A stretch of DNA of 32,000 nt, taken from the NCBI RefSeq assembly GCF_035285525.1, contig NZ_JAYKGW010000209.1, positions 13,264-45,263 of the forward strand, written 5' to 3'. The notes beneath the pieces are model-generated. The model was not told the DNA's origin. It ran no database searches and worked only from the letters and a program-made list of their open reading frames with translations. A program made the translations under genes and the position numbers. This DNA comes from Okeania sp. GTDB lineage: Bacteria > Cyanobacteriota > Cyanobacteriia > Cyanobacteriales > Microcoleaceae. Position 1 is the first letter of the stretch, and each line of letters starts with the position of its first letter. Of this stretch, positions 1-7,919 are shown in pieces.

Positions 1-593
1 TGTTCTCGCATAATAAAAGCTTCATTTATGAGACGTTTAATTGGTATATTTTTCTGCTTTGCCAAGGGATGATTTTTGTTAGCCACTAAAACCAAGGGAT
101 TATCCATTATCGGTTCTCTACATAAAGGAATATCTTCTGGTGGTTGACTCATTATATATAGATCGTCTTGGTTTTCCAACATTCGCCTAGCGATCTGTTG
201 ATGGTTTGTTACTTCTAGAGCAACATCAATTTTGGGATATTTTTGGCAGAAATAACCTAAGATTCTAGGAACAAAATATTTAGCAGTTGTCACCACGGCT
301 AAACTTAACTTTCCTTGTTTTGTACCTTTACTATCGGCAACTAACATTTCAAAGCGATCTAGTTGTCCAAATACTTCCTGACAAGTAGCCAATAATTCTT
401 GACCAATGTCAGTTAAGTAAAGTTGTTTACCTATTTGCTCAAATAAAGGCATCCCTACTGTCTGGGTGAGCTGCTTCATTTGACTTGAGACAGTGGGTTG
501 GGTAATGAATAATTCTTCAGCAGCTTTAGTAAAGCTACCATAACTAGCTACTGTCCGAAACACTCTTAACTGATGTAAAGTTGCCTGAATCAA
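1..593 (-). CDS. LysR-type transcriptional regulator (CbbR/CmpR/NdhR-like), C-terminal part runs off the window
   Basis: Not in the ORF track because it is open at the window edge. The reverse complement from TTG (593-591), with GGAGGA 7 nt upstream, reads MIQATLHQLRVFRTVASYGSFTKAAEELFITQPTVSSQMKQLTQTVGMPLFEQIGKQLYLTDIGQELL... This is the canonical LTTR N-terminal winged HTH, and the frame stays open to position 1. It is divergent from the SulP transporter gene. Confidence 0.85.
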   Translation of the reverse strand, partial: MIQATLHQLRVFRTVASYGSFTKAAEELFITQPTVSSQMKQLTQTVGMPLFEQIGKQLYLTDIGQELLATCQEVFGQLDRFEMLVADSKGTKQGKLSLAVVTTAKYFVPRILGYFCQKYPKIDVALEVTNHQQIARRMLENQDDLYIMSQPPEDIPLCREPIMDNPLVLVANKNHPLAKQKNIPIKRLINEAFIMRE

Positions 594-756
594 GGACTTT
601 TCCTCCAATAATCAGAAATATAAAGAAAAACTTAAGACTTATATAAGTAATTGCAAACTATTAGGTATTGCATTCTTGATTAATTTTTATCATAATTCTT
701 AACATAGACTAAAGTCAATAGTTAATAAAAACTACATTGACTAAATTAAATAGAAC

Positions 757-1071
757 AGGGCGTGACATTTGTAGTCATCTTGAGATGACTCAGCTATCAG
801 CCAAGGATTAAAATCCTTGGCCAGCCATCGGGTATATGGTTAACATCAGGTTGCATTAATTAACCGAAATACAAAAAGATAGGGCGCGACATTTGTAGTC
901 ATCTTGAGATGACTTCAGCTATCAGCCAAGGATTTCAATCCTTGGGGAGCCATCGGGTGTATGGTTAATATGAGGTGGGATTAATTAACCACAATACAAA
1001 AAGACAAAGCACGACATTTGTAGTCATCTTGAGATGACTTCAGCTATTAGCCAAGGATTGAAGTCCTTAGC
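757..1071. repeat. Tandem repeat, period 124-125 bp, about 2.5 copies, in the lysR-bicA divergent intergenic region
   Basis: Copies start at 757, 881 and about 1006 (AGGGCG[T/C]GACATTTGTAGTCATCTTGAGATGACT...). Each unit holds three inverted repeats: AGTCATC-TTGA-GATGACT, CCAAGGA-N6-TCCTTGG and GGTTAA-N16-TTAACC. Confidence 0.9.
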
Positions 1072-1110
1072 TACCTAATAAAAAAAAGAAGATAACAATA
1101 ATATAAAACA

Positions 1111-2832
1111 ATGGCTACGCAAGTATTTAACAAAATCAATTTCAGAAACGTTAAGGGCGATATGTTCGGTGGTTTAACTGCTGCTGTTATCGCTCTCCCT
1201 ATGGCACTCGCCTTCGGTGTTGCCTCTGGTGCCGGACCTGCTGCTGGTTTATACGGTGCCGTATTAGTTGGTTTATTCGCCGCACTGTTTGGAGGTACTC
1301 CAACTCTAATTTCCGAACCCACCGGACCAATGACCGTAGTAATGACTGCGGTGATTGCTCACCTAACCGCTTCCAACCCAGAAAATGGCATGGCAATGGC
1401 TTTCACAGTAGTAATGCTAGCTGGTTTATTCCAAATTGGTTTTGGTTTATTAAAGTTGGGTAAATACATTACCATGATGCCTTACAATGTGGTTTCTGGC
1501 TTCATGTCAGGCATCGGTCTCATTCTGATTATCCTGCAAATAGGTCCGTTTCTCGGACAAGCTAGTCCGAAGGGTGGTGTAGTTGGAACAATCCAGAATA
1601 TTCCCGAACTTTTAACGAATATTAATCCCATAGAAACAGGTTTAGCAGTTCTGACAGTAGTTATCCTGTTCACCATGCCAGCTAAACTCAAGAAAATTGT
1701 TCCAGCACCATTAGTAGCATTAGTAGTTGGAACCGTGATTTCCGTTGTATTGTTCTCAGGTACTGAAATTCGTCGCATTGGTGAAATTCCTAGTGGTCTT
1801 CCTAGCTTACACTTACCTTACTTTACTCCGGAACAGTTACAGTTAATGGTAGTTGATGCTGTAGTATTAGCAATGCTTGGTTGTATTGATGCTCTATTAA
1901 CTTCTGTCGTTGCTGACAGTTTAACTCGGACTCAACACGATTCTGATAAAGAATTGATTGGTCAAGGTTTAGGTAACTTAGCTTCGGGTTTGTTTGGTGG
2001 TATTGCTGGTGCTGGTGCAACTATGGGTACTGTTGTTAATATCAATACAGGCGCTCGTACTGCTTTATCAGGTATCACTCGTGCTGTAATTTTGATGGTG
2101 GTAGTTTTGGGAGCTGGTAGTTTAACAGCACAAATCCCGATGGCTGTTTTAGCAGGTATTGCTCTCCAAGTTGGGATTAAAATTATTGACTGGGGTTTCC
2201 TCAAGCGTGCCCATAATATCTCCTGGAAATCGGCAATTATTATGTACGTTGTGATTGGTCTAACTGTATTTGTTGACTTGATTGCTGCTGTAGGTATTGG
2301 GGTATTTATTGCTAATGTTCTGACTATTGATCGCTTGACTCAGCTCAAATCTGAAGATGTTAAAGCTATCACTGATGCTGATGATGCAATTATCTTGGAT
2401 AATGATGAGAAAGAATTATTAGATCGTGCTGAAGGTCGAATTTTACTGTTCCATTTGAGTGGTCCGATGATATTTGGTGTTTCTAAAGCTATTTCTCGTC
2501 AGCACACACTTTTGAATAACTATGAAGTCTTGATTGTAGATTTGAGTGAAGTACCTCACATGGGTGTAACTTCTGCTCTAGCAATAGAAAATGCGATTCA
2601 AGAAACTCTTGATACAGGTCGTGCAGTATTCGTTGTTGGTGCTGCTGGAAGTGTAAAACGACGGTTAGAAAAATTGGGAGTTTTGAATATTGTACCTTCA
2701 CAAAATCAATTGATGGATCGAAAGCAAGCATTGGTTAAAGCTGTGAGTTTAGTTACTTCTGATATTAGTGTTAATAGTGCTGTTCTTAATGGAACTCAAA
2801 GTCAATCTCCAATAGATACTCTGATTAAATAG
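1111..2832 (+). CDS. bicA: SulP-family Na+-dependent bicarbonate transporter (BicA-type) with C-terminal STAS domain
   Basis: 573-aa ORF. The N-terminus (FRNVKGDMFGGLTAAVIALPMALAFGVASGAGPAAGLYGAVLVGLFAALFGGTPTLISEPTGPMTVVMTAVIA) matches the remembered BicA/SulP signature. It has a polytopic membrane core and a soluble STAS-like tail (LFHLSGPMIFG...VVGAAGSVKRRLEKLGVL). Confidence 0.85.
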   Translation: MATQVFNKINFRNVKGDMFGGLTAAVIALPMALAFGVASGAGPAAGLYGAVLVGLFAALFGGTPTLISEPTGPMTVVMTAVIAHLTASNPENGMAMAFTVVMLAGLFQIGFGLLKLGKYITMMPYNVVSGFMSGIGLILIILQIGPFLGQASPKGGVVGTIQNIPELLTNINPIETGLAVLTVVILFTMPAKLKKIVPAPLVALVVGTVISVVLFSGTEIRRIGEIPSGLPSLHLPYFTPEQLQLMVVDAVVLAMLGCIDALLTSVVADSLTRTQHDSDKELIGQGLGNLASGLFGGIAGAGATMGTVVNINTGARTALSGITRAVILMVVVLGAGSLTAQIPMAVLAGIALQVGIKIIDWGFLKRAHNISWKSAIIMYVVIGLTVFVDLIAAVGIGVFIANVLTIDRLTQLKSEDVKAITDADDAIILDNDEKELLDRAEGRILLFHLSGPMIFGVSKAISRQHTLLNNYEVLIVDLSEVPHMGVTSALAIENAIQETLDTGRAVFVVGAAGSVKRRLEKLGVLNIVPSQNQLMDRKQALVKAVSLVTSDISVNSAVLNGTQSQSPIDTLIK

Positions 2833-2907
2833 AAGTATTCAAAAAAGATAACAGGTTTGACTAAAGATTAAAAATCAGAAACAGGCGATCGCTTTGGTTT
2901 TCTGAGT

Positions 2908-2946
2908 GTAGGGGTGAATAGCATTCGCCCCTACAATATTTTTATT
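2908..2946 (+). terminator. Candidate intrinsic terminator downstream of bicA
   Basis: GTAGGGGTGAAT-AGC-ATTCGCCCCTAC forms a 12-bp stem (one G-U pair) with a 3-nt loop, followed by AATATTTTTATT. It lies 76 nt after the bicA stop. Confidence 0.6.
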
Positions 2947-3141
2947 CAACTATACTTCTCCAGAAAAGAGGTATGGGGGCAATAGGCAATAGGAAGAAGT
3001 AATAAAAATCCGGTTGAATACTCGTTATATAGTTGTGGGTGATAGGGTGATGAGGTGATTAAAGTGTAGATAAAATTATGAACATATACACTTGTAACCG
3101 GATTCTATATAATTCATAATTTCTGGATAAGATATAGATCG

Positions 3142-3230
3142 AGACTTAGGCAAAGCTACTATATATAATATATAGAGTTCAAAAACTATTGCGTATGGGG
3201 TTTTAAGCACTATATCTAGCGCTTATTGCA
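3142..3230. mobile_element. Degenerate copy of the palindromic MITE-like family (see 6594-6681)
   Basis: AGACTTAGGCAAAGCTACTATATATAATATATAGAGTTCAAAAACTATTGCG...CACTATATCT aligns by eye with the copies at 31690 and 20109. The right end is poorly conserved. Confidence 0.45.
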
Positions 3231-3298
3231 CTTTAGCGATCGCCTATGATACATTATTTTATTACTTCAATCATTGCTGTTACTGTACCTCACCATCC

Positions 3299-6200
3299 TC
3301 ATGCATTGCTGTCAAATAATAATTCCACAGTTCCCTTATACCCATCTACCCTAACTTTTTGCCCATCCTCTAAACGAGTCATTGCTCCAGAAACATTCAT
3401 TACTGCCGGAATGCCATATTCCCGCGCAATAATAGCACCGTGGGATAACTGCCCCCCCACCTCTGCAATAATACCTTTTGCCTTCAACAACAAAGGTGCC
3501 CAACCAGCATCGGTATAAGGTACAACTATAATTAGATTTTCCGACTCAGGCAGATTTACCTCTAAACTCCCACAAACCTTGACATAACCTTCGACACAAC
3601 CAACACTCCCTGGTATCCCTTCTAAAATAGAAACATTTTCCTCAGTAGAGATAGTTTTCTGGCTTTCTTGGGGTAATATATTCCCATAAACCACAGAAGG
3701 AACTTGGCGATCGCGATCTTTTGCCAACTGTTCTTTTCTTTCATGGATAAGTTGTTTGAGATGGTGAGATGGGGGGATAGGGAGTTGAGGCGATCGCTTG
3801 TTTTTTTCTTCAGTTCCTAGACTATTTCTTGGGTTTCGTTCCTCAACCCAACCTACTGTTAGAATCCATTGCCTAATTTCCGGAAATTCTAAATAAAAAA
3901 TATCTCCTTTTTCTTCAAAAATTTCTGCCTCTAATCCATAACTTTCTATTGCCAAAAACGTCATTCGTAAATAAGCTAAAAGTTTCCCATAAACTTCAGC
4001 AATTTTACCTTTAGTTCTGGCACGTTTTGCACATTTTGCTAGTCGCCACCTCTGCCAGAAATTTAAAGACTTTACTGAAAAATTATCTTTTTCCCTCTCA
4101 TCTTTTCCTGTCATTCCAAATAATAACTGACGGAAATTATCGGGTTTTTCTCCCCAAGTTGCCACTGCAATATCCGTACCAACTTCACTCAAATAACCAT
4201 AACTTTCTAACCATTGCTGAAATTCCTTTTGTAATTCCTGATTTTTCTCAAATTCTGCCTCTATTTCTCCATCAGAATTAGTTGCCATTTTTAACTTAAC
4301 TGCCAACTTTTGTAATTCTCGAATCGAAACAATTTCTGGAGCAGTATCAGTAGGCAACCATTCCTCAGAAATTTGGAACAGCGATCGCCTAATCGCCAAA
4401 CCTATAGGACCCAAAATATTATAAAAAGTAATTGGTTTTAACCATTCTTGAATTTTTTCTGCTTGCTCTAATAATTCTGATAAAGACTGAGATAAATTTT
4501 GTTTAAAATTATTCTCTAAACTTTCTAACGCTGGAACAAAAATTTGATAATAATCCCGTTCAAACTCATCATCAACCGTCATTTCTTTTTTAATCAAACG
4601 CCATAAACCAGGCAAAGAAGGCAACACTTTTCCTAATGGTGGTTTTCCCATTTTTTGCCCTCGTAATAAAAACTCTAAACCCTGTTCTGGCAAACCCATC
4701 ATTCTAAAAATTTCCCCTAACAAAGTAGCATTAAAATAAGCATAGGAACCTAACAAAGTTGCGGTTTCGGTAAAGTCTAATTTGGCTACCTTTTCCCCTA
4801 AAACGATAGTAAAAATTTCTCCCCAAACCCCACAAGTCAGAGGGCGATTTATCGACCAAGTTAAAGGATGAATAGCTCCGGGAATTACTTCTGCTGCAAT
4901 AGTTCGAGTCCAGATAGGTCTCAAATTAGTAATCGGACGACTTTGCAAAATCCAAACCTTTTCCCCATCCCAACACCATTCAATATCTTGAGGTAAACCA
5001 TGAAAAAATGCTTCAATTGTTTCTGCTTGATTTACCAATTCTTGAATAGTTCCTTCTGGTAAAATATTCTGATTTTCTAAACCAACATATTTTTCAGTCT
5101 CATCATAATTTTCTATTTTTTCCTCTCTTTCATTTACCAATTCTTTAGTGATTTCCAGAGGTAAAATATCTTGACATTCTGAATCAGAACTTTTGTCTTT
5201 TTCTTTTGAGTTTAATAACTCGTCGTCTATAGGATATTTAAAATTAGTTGAAGTTTGAGTAACCACCCACTTCTTATCCCCCCCCTTCAAAAGGGAGATT
5301 TCTTCTTTCCCCCCCCTTTCAAAGGGGGGCAAGGGGGGATTCCTTCTTCCTTCTTCAACAATTTCTAAATGCACAGGAGTTAACTGCCCACCCACAACTT
5401 TTTCCGCACCTCCAGGCAGAGCTTCAATAATTATTTTTGCACCACCATCCAAAGGATTACGAGTAAACATTACTCCCGCTACTTTACTCTTAATATAAGG
5501 CTGAATTAATACTCCCATTTCTGCATCAGGAATTTCTCTTTGTCGCCGATAAGCAACAGCATCTGGCAACCAATAAGATTGACGACAAATATTAATCGCC
5601 TCCAATAATTCCGTTTTATTTCTGACAGGAAAAATAGTTTTATATTGTCCCGCAGCCGAACTATTATCGCTATCTTCTCCAACTGCTGAAGAACGAACAA
5701 TTAAGGGAAAACTCCCAGACATTTTCTCTAATTTATCTAGAATTTTATCTACTGATAAAAATAGAGAATCAGGAATAGATTTTTTCTGTTCATTCCCTAC
5801 CATTAATGCAGGTAAAACTAAACCTTCAGGAATATTAAAGCCAGCTTTTTTTAATAGAGATAATCTAGCTGCTTTTTCTCCACAAATTTTAGTATCTAGT
5901 TTACTATCGAGAGAAAATATAGATTGTTTATTTAAAGCCATATCATCACTTTGAATAAAATTTATTACTGCTAAGAAAATGACTAATACTGCCATTGCCA
6001 ACAATTCAGAAAAAGACGGTTCCTGGCGAAATAATAAAACCGATAGAAAGCCACTGAGACATCCTAAACGAGCTGACCATTGACGAACATTTTGATTTTT
6101 TTGAGGAAATAGTTGTTTGCCGATTACTAATATTAAACAACCTATAATTCCCGAAGCCAAAGCAACAATAGGAGAATAAACCAAAACTCCCCAAGTAGCA

Positions 6201-6532
6201 TTAGTAACACCACCACCTTGAGCAATAAAATATCTACCCGCTACTAAAAATATTAATCCTAATAATTGCCAAAAAGGAATTTCTGGAAATAATAATTTTG
6301 CTGCTAAAACCGGAGCAATACCTCTACTAATTTCTGCAAAAACCGCGACTATTGCCACAGGTTTCGGTGCGTGAACAAATGCGGCAGATACACCAACATT
6401 ACCTGTACCAACCTTTTTTAAGTCGATATTTGCTAGATTTTTAACTATTAAATTAGTTAGAGGAAAAGCACCGAGACAAAAGGATAAAATTAGAAATAAT
6501 ATTGCAATTAATATTTGCATATCAAGAAACAT
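3299..6532 (-). CDS. Fusion protein: N-terminal PlsY-like polytopic membrane domain, then a PEP-synthase/PPDK-type ATP-grasp domain, a long middle region and a C-terminal swivel phosphohistidine (PEP-utilizers) domain. No PEP/pyruvate TIM-barrel domain.
   Basis: 1077-aa ORF. Roughly residues 1-200 are hydrophobic with PlsY-like blocks (GTGNVGVSAAF vs the PlsY GSGNxGxTN motif; AGRYFIAQGGGVTNAT vs GGKGVAT). PPDK_N-like blocks: KICGEKAARLSLLKKAGFNIPEG, LIVRSSAVGEDSDNSSAAGQYKT, GVLIQPYI..AGVMFTRNP, PQDIEWCWDGEKVWILQSRPIT. C-terminal block: VVPYTDAGWAPLLLKAKGIIAEVGGQLSHGAIIAREYGIPAV, which includes the catalytic His context. Confidence 0.85.
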   Translation of the reverse strand: MFLDMQILIAILFLILSFCLGAFPLTNLIVKNLANIDLKKVGTGNVGVSAAFVHAPKPVAIVAVFAEISRGIAPVLAAKLLFPEIPFWQLLGLIFLVAGRYFIAQGGGVTNATWGVLVYSPIVALASGIIGCLILVIGKQLFPQKNQNVRQWSARLGCLSGFLSVLLFRQEPSFSELLAMAVLVIFLAVINFIQSDDMALNKQSIFSLDSKLDTKICGEKAARLSLLKKAGFNIPEGLVLPALMVGNEQKKSIPDSLFLSVDKILDKLEKMSGSFPLIVRSSAVGEDSDNSSAAGQYKTIFPVRNKTELLEAINICRQSYWLPDAVAYRRQREIPDAEMGVLIQPYIKSKVAGVMFTRNPLDGGAKIIIEALPGGAEKVVGGQLTPVHLEIVEEGRRNPPLPPFERGGKEEISLLKGGDKKWVVTQTSTNFKYPIDDELLNSKEKDKSSDSECQDILPLEITKELVNEREEKIENYDETEKYVGLENQNILPEGTIQELVNQAETIEAFFHGLPQDIEWCWDGEKVWILQSRPITNLRPIWTRTIAAEVIPGAIHPLTWSINRPLTCGVWGEIFTIVLGEKVAKLDFTETATLLGSYAYFNATLLGEIFRMMGLPEQGLEFLLRGQKMGKPPLGKVLPSLPGLWRLIKKEMTVDDEFERDYYQIFVPALESLENNFKQNLSQSLSELLEQAEKIQEWLKPITFYNILGPIGLAIRRSLFQISEEWLPTDTAPEIVSIRELQKLAVKLKMATNSDGEIEAEFEKNQELQKEFQQWLESYGYLSEVGTDIAVATWGEKPDNFRQLLFGMTGKDEREKDNFSVKSLNFWQRWRLAKCAKRARTKGKIAEVYGKLLAYLRMTFLAIESYGLEAEIFEEKGDIFYLEFPEIRQWILTVGWVEERNPRNSLGTEEKNKRSPQLPIPPSHHLKQLIHERKEQLAKDRDRQVPSVVYGNILPQESQKTISTEENVSILEGIPGSVGCVEGYVKVCGSLEVNLPESENLIIVVPYTDAGWAPLLLKAKGIIAEVGGQLSHGAIIAREYGIPAVMNVSGAMTRLEDGQKVRVDGYKGTVELLFDSNA

Positions 6533-6593
6533 ATTTACTATTATCGAATATTTTGATTTTTTCGAGTCAAGACTTATTTATCTATTACTAACA

Positions 6594-6681
6594 AGACTTA
6601 CGTAGAAACCATATATATAGCGCTCAAAACTATAGCGCTATAGTTTTGAGCGCTATATCTATTACCTTTGCGTAAGTCCTG
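6594..6681. mobile_element. MITE-like element with terminal inverted repeats and a 44-bp perfect palindromic core
   Basis: The ends AGACTTACGTAG...TTGCGTAAGTCCTG are inverted repeats. Positions 6615-6658 (ATATAGCGCTCAAAACTATAGC|GCTATAGTTTTGAGCGCTATAT) form a perfect palindrome, checked base by base. Related copies are found elsewhere in the window. Confidence 0.8.
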
Positions 6682-6682
6682 G

Positions 6683-7247
6683 CTAATATAAAAAAACAGT
6701 TATTCCCAAAGCCAAAGCAACAATAGGATAATAAATCAAAACTCCGCAACTAGCATTAGTAACATCACCACCTTGAGCAATGAAATATCTACCTACCACT
6801 AGAAATATTAATCCTATTAATTGCCAAGTAGGAATTTCTGGAAATAATAATTTTGCTGCTAAAACCGAAGCAATGCTTCTACTAATTTCTGCCAAGACAG
6901 CAAATATTGCGACAGGTTTCCGTTAATCCTAATAATTACTAAGAAGGAATTTCTGGAAATAATAATTTTGCTGCTAAAACTAGAGCAATACCTCTAGTAA
7001 TTTCCGCCAAGACAACAAATATTGCCACAGGTTTCCATGTGTGAACAAATGTGGTTGCCACACGAACATTACCTGTACCAAATTTTATTAAGTCGATATT
7101 TGCCAGATTTATGACTATTCAGCACTTATGCCAAGGTACTGATTATATATAGAGTTTAAAAACTATTGCACAGAGGAAAAGCACCGAGACAAAAGGAGAA
7201 AGTTAGAAATAATACTGGAATCAATATTTGCATATCAAGAAACATAT
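6683..7247 (-). pseudogene. Decayed duplicate of the 5' ~400 bp (PlsY-like N-terminus) of the 3299-6532 gene
   Basis: 7171-7247 matches the start region of the intact gene (ATGTTTCTTGATATGCAAATATT...GGTGCTTTTCCTCT). 6700-6922 and 6923-7120 match 6148-6368 and 6255-6450 of the intact gene. There is an internal ~130-bp reduplication, stop codons, and a half MITE inserted at 7121-7170. The 70-aa track ORF 6683..6895 is the longest open remnant (MAEISRSIASVLAAKLLFPEIPTWQLIGLIFLVVGRYFIAQGG vs FAEISRGIAPVLAAKLLFPEIPFWQLLGLIFLVAGRYFIAQGG). Confidence 0.75.
7121..7170. repeat. Half copy of the palindromic MITE family, interrupting the pseudogene
   Basis: AGCACTTATGCCAAGGTACTGATTATATATAGAGTTTAAAAACTATTGCA replaces AAATTAGTT of the intact paralogue. 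ACTATT is present on both sides. Confidence 0.6.
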
Positions 7248-7741
7248 TTATACGGTCGCCTTGCTGTCACAGGATTAAACTGAGTATCCACAAATTCCAC
7301 TGGTTCGTAAGTCTCAATCCACAAATGTGCGCCACAAGGCAAGGGTTCATAAGGTTTATAAACTATACGACACCTACCTTCGAGAATCATCTGATAACCC
7401 ATATCATTACGATTTGTTTGCTTCAAGGCAACTACTGGCATTAATTGGTCAGAAGTCATTAGAGGATCGTTCTTAATTCTCTTGGCATTTGCTTTAATCA
7501 AACTTTGATTAACATGAATCTTGGTCGGAGTTTTACGCCTGCGATGGCACCAAACACCTTTCGGACCTCTTTTGCCTTCTATAATGATAGGCATCTCCTC
7601 TTTTCCATAAACAGGAATGCGCCAAAATCCTCTTTGATCCTTGTACCCACCCTTGATTCTACCTTCTCTAAGTAAATCTCTAACTCTTTGAGAACAAATA
7701 CCCAATATAAAAGATGCTTCTTTGGTTCCAATATACGTCAT
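7235..7741 (-). CDS. Hypothetical protein with an N-terminal excisionase/MerR-type HTH and a C-terminal domain of unknown function
   Basis: 168-aa ORF. The N-terminus (TKEASFILGICSQRVRDLLREGRIKGGYKDQRGFWRIP) fits the excisionase-family HTH pattern, in which the helix-turn-helix is followed by a W-R-I-P wing. The basic linker is GKRGPKGVWCHRRRKTPTK. I do not recognise the C-terminal ~100 aa. Its last codons overlap the start of the pseudogene copy. Confidence 0.6.
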   Translation of the reverse strand: MTYIGTKEASFILGICSQRVRDLLREGRIKGGYKDQRGFWRIPVYGKEEMPIIIEGKRGPKGVWCHRRRKTPTKIHVNQSLIKANAKRIKNDPLMTSDQLMPVVALKQTNRNDMGYQMILEGRCRIVYKPYEPLPCGAHLWIETYEPVEFVDTQFNPVTARRPYKYVS

Positions 7742-7919
7742 TTTTAGTATAGCGCTATAGTTTTAGGATGTACTATTTATCATATGTAAATTAATTGTAT
7801 TTATCATACAAGTATTTTTCGTAACATTAGCTACATTAATAAAAAAATAGTCAGCTAATGGTGTTTATGTCTAATTCATACAAATATTTTTACTCATAAG
7901 TAAACCTAGAATATTATAT

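Noticed and set aside
757-1071. Considered whether the 125-bp array is a tandem sRNA gene cluster of the NsiR1 type
   Set aside because: No unit is followed by a U-tract terminator on either strand, and I see no repeated -10 or DIF (TCCGGA) promoter motif per unit. Without expression data the idea has no support.
1071-2731. Minus-strand track ORFs (1071..1322, 1199..1396, 1482..1778, 1823..2020, 1962..2204, 2489..2731) antisense to bicA
   Set aside because: All lie inside a well-supported 573-aa SulP gene. Their low-complexity P/A/Q-rich translations are typical of the antisense frame of a membrane-protein gene.
3246-6194. Track ORFs 3246..3518 (+), 4027..4281 (+), 5506..5700 (-) and 6006..6194 (-) overlapping the 1077-aa gene
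   Set aside because: They are embedded in, or out of frame with, a long ORF that has clear domain motifs, and they have no motifs of their own.
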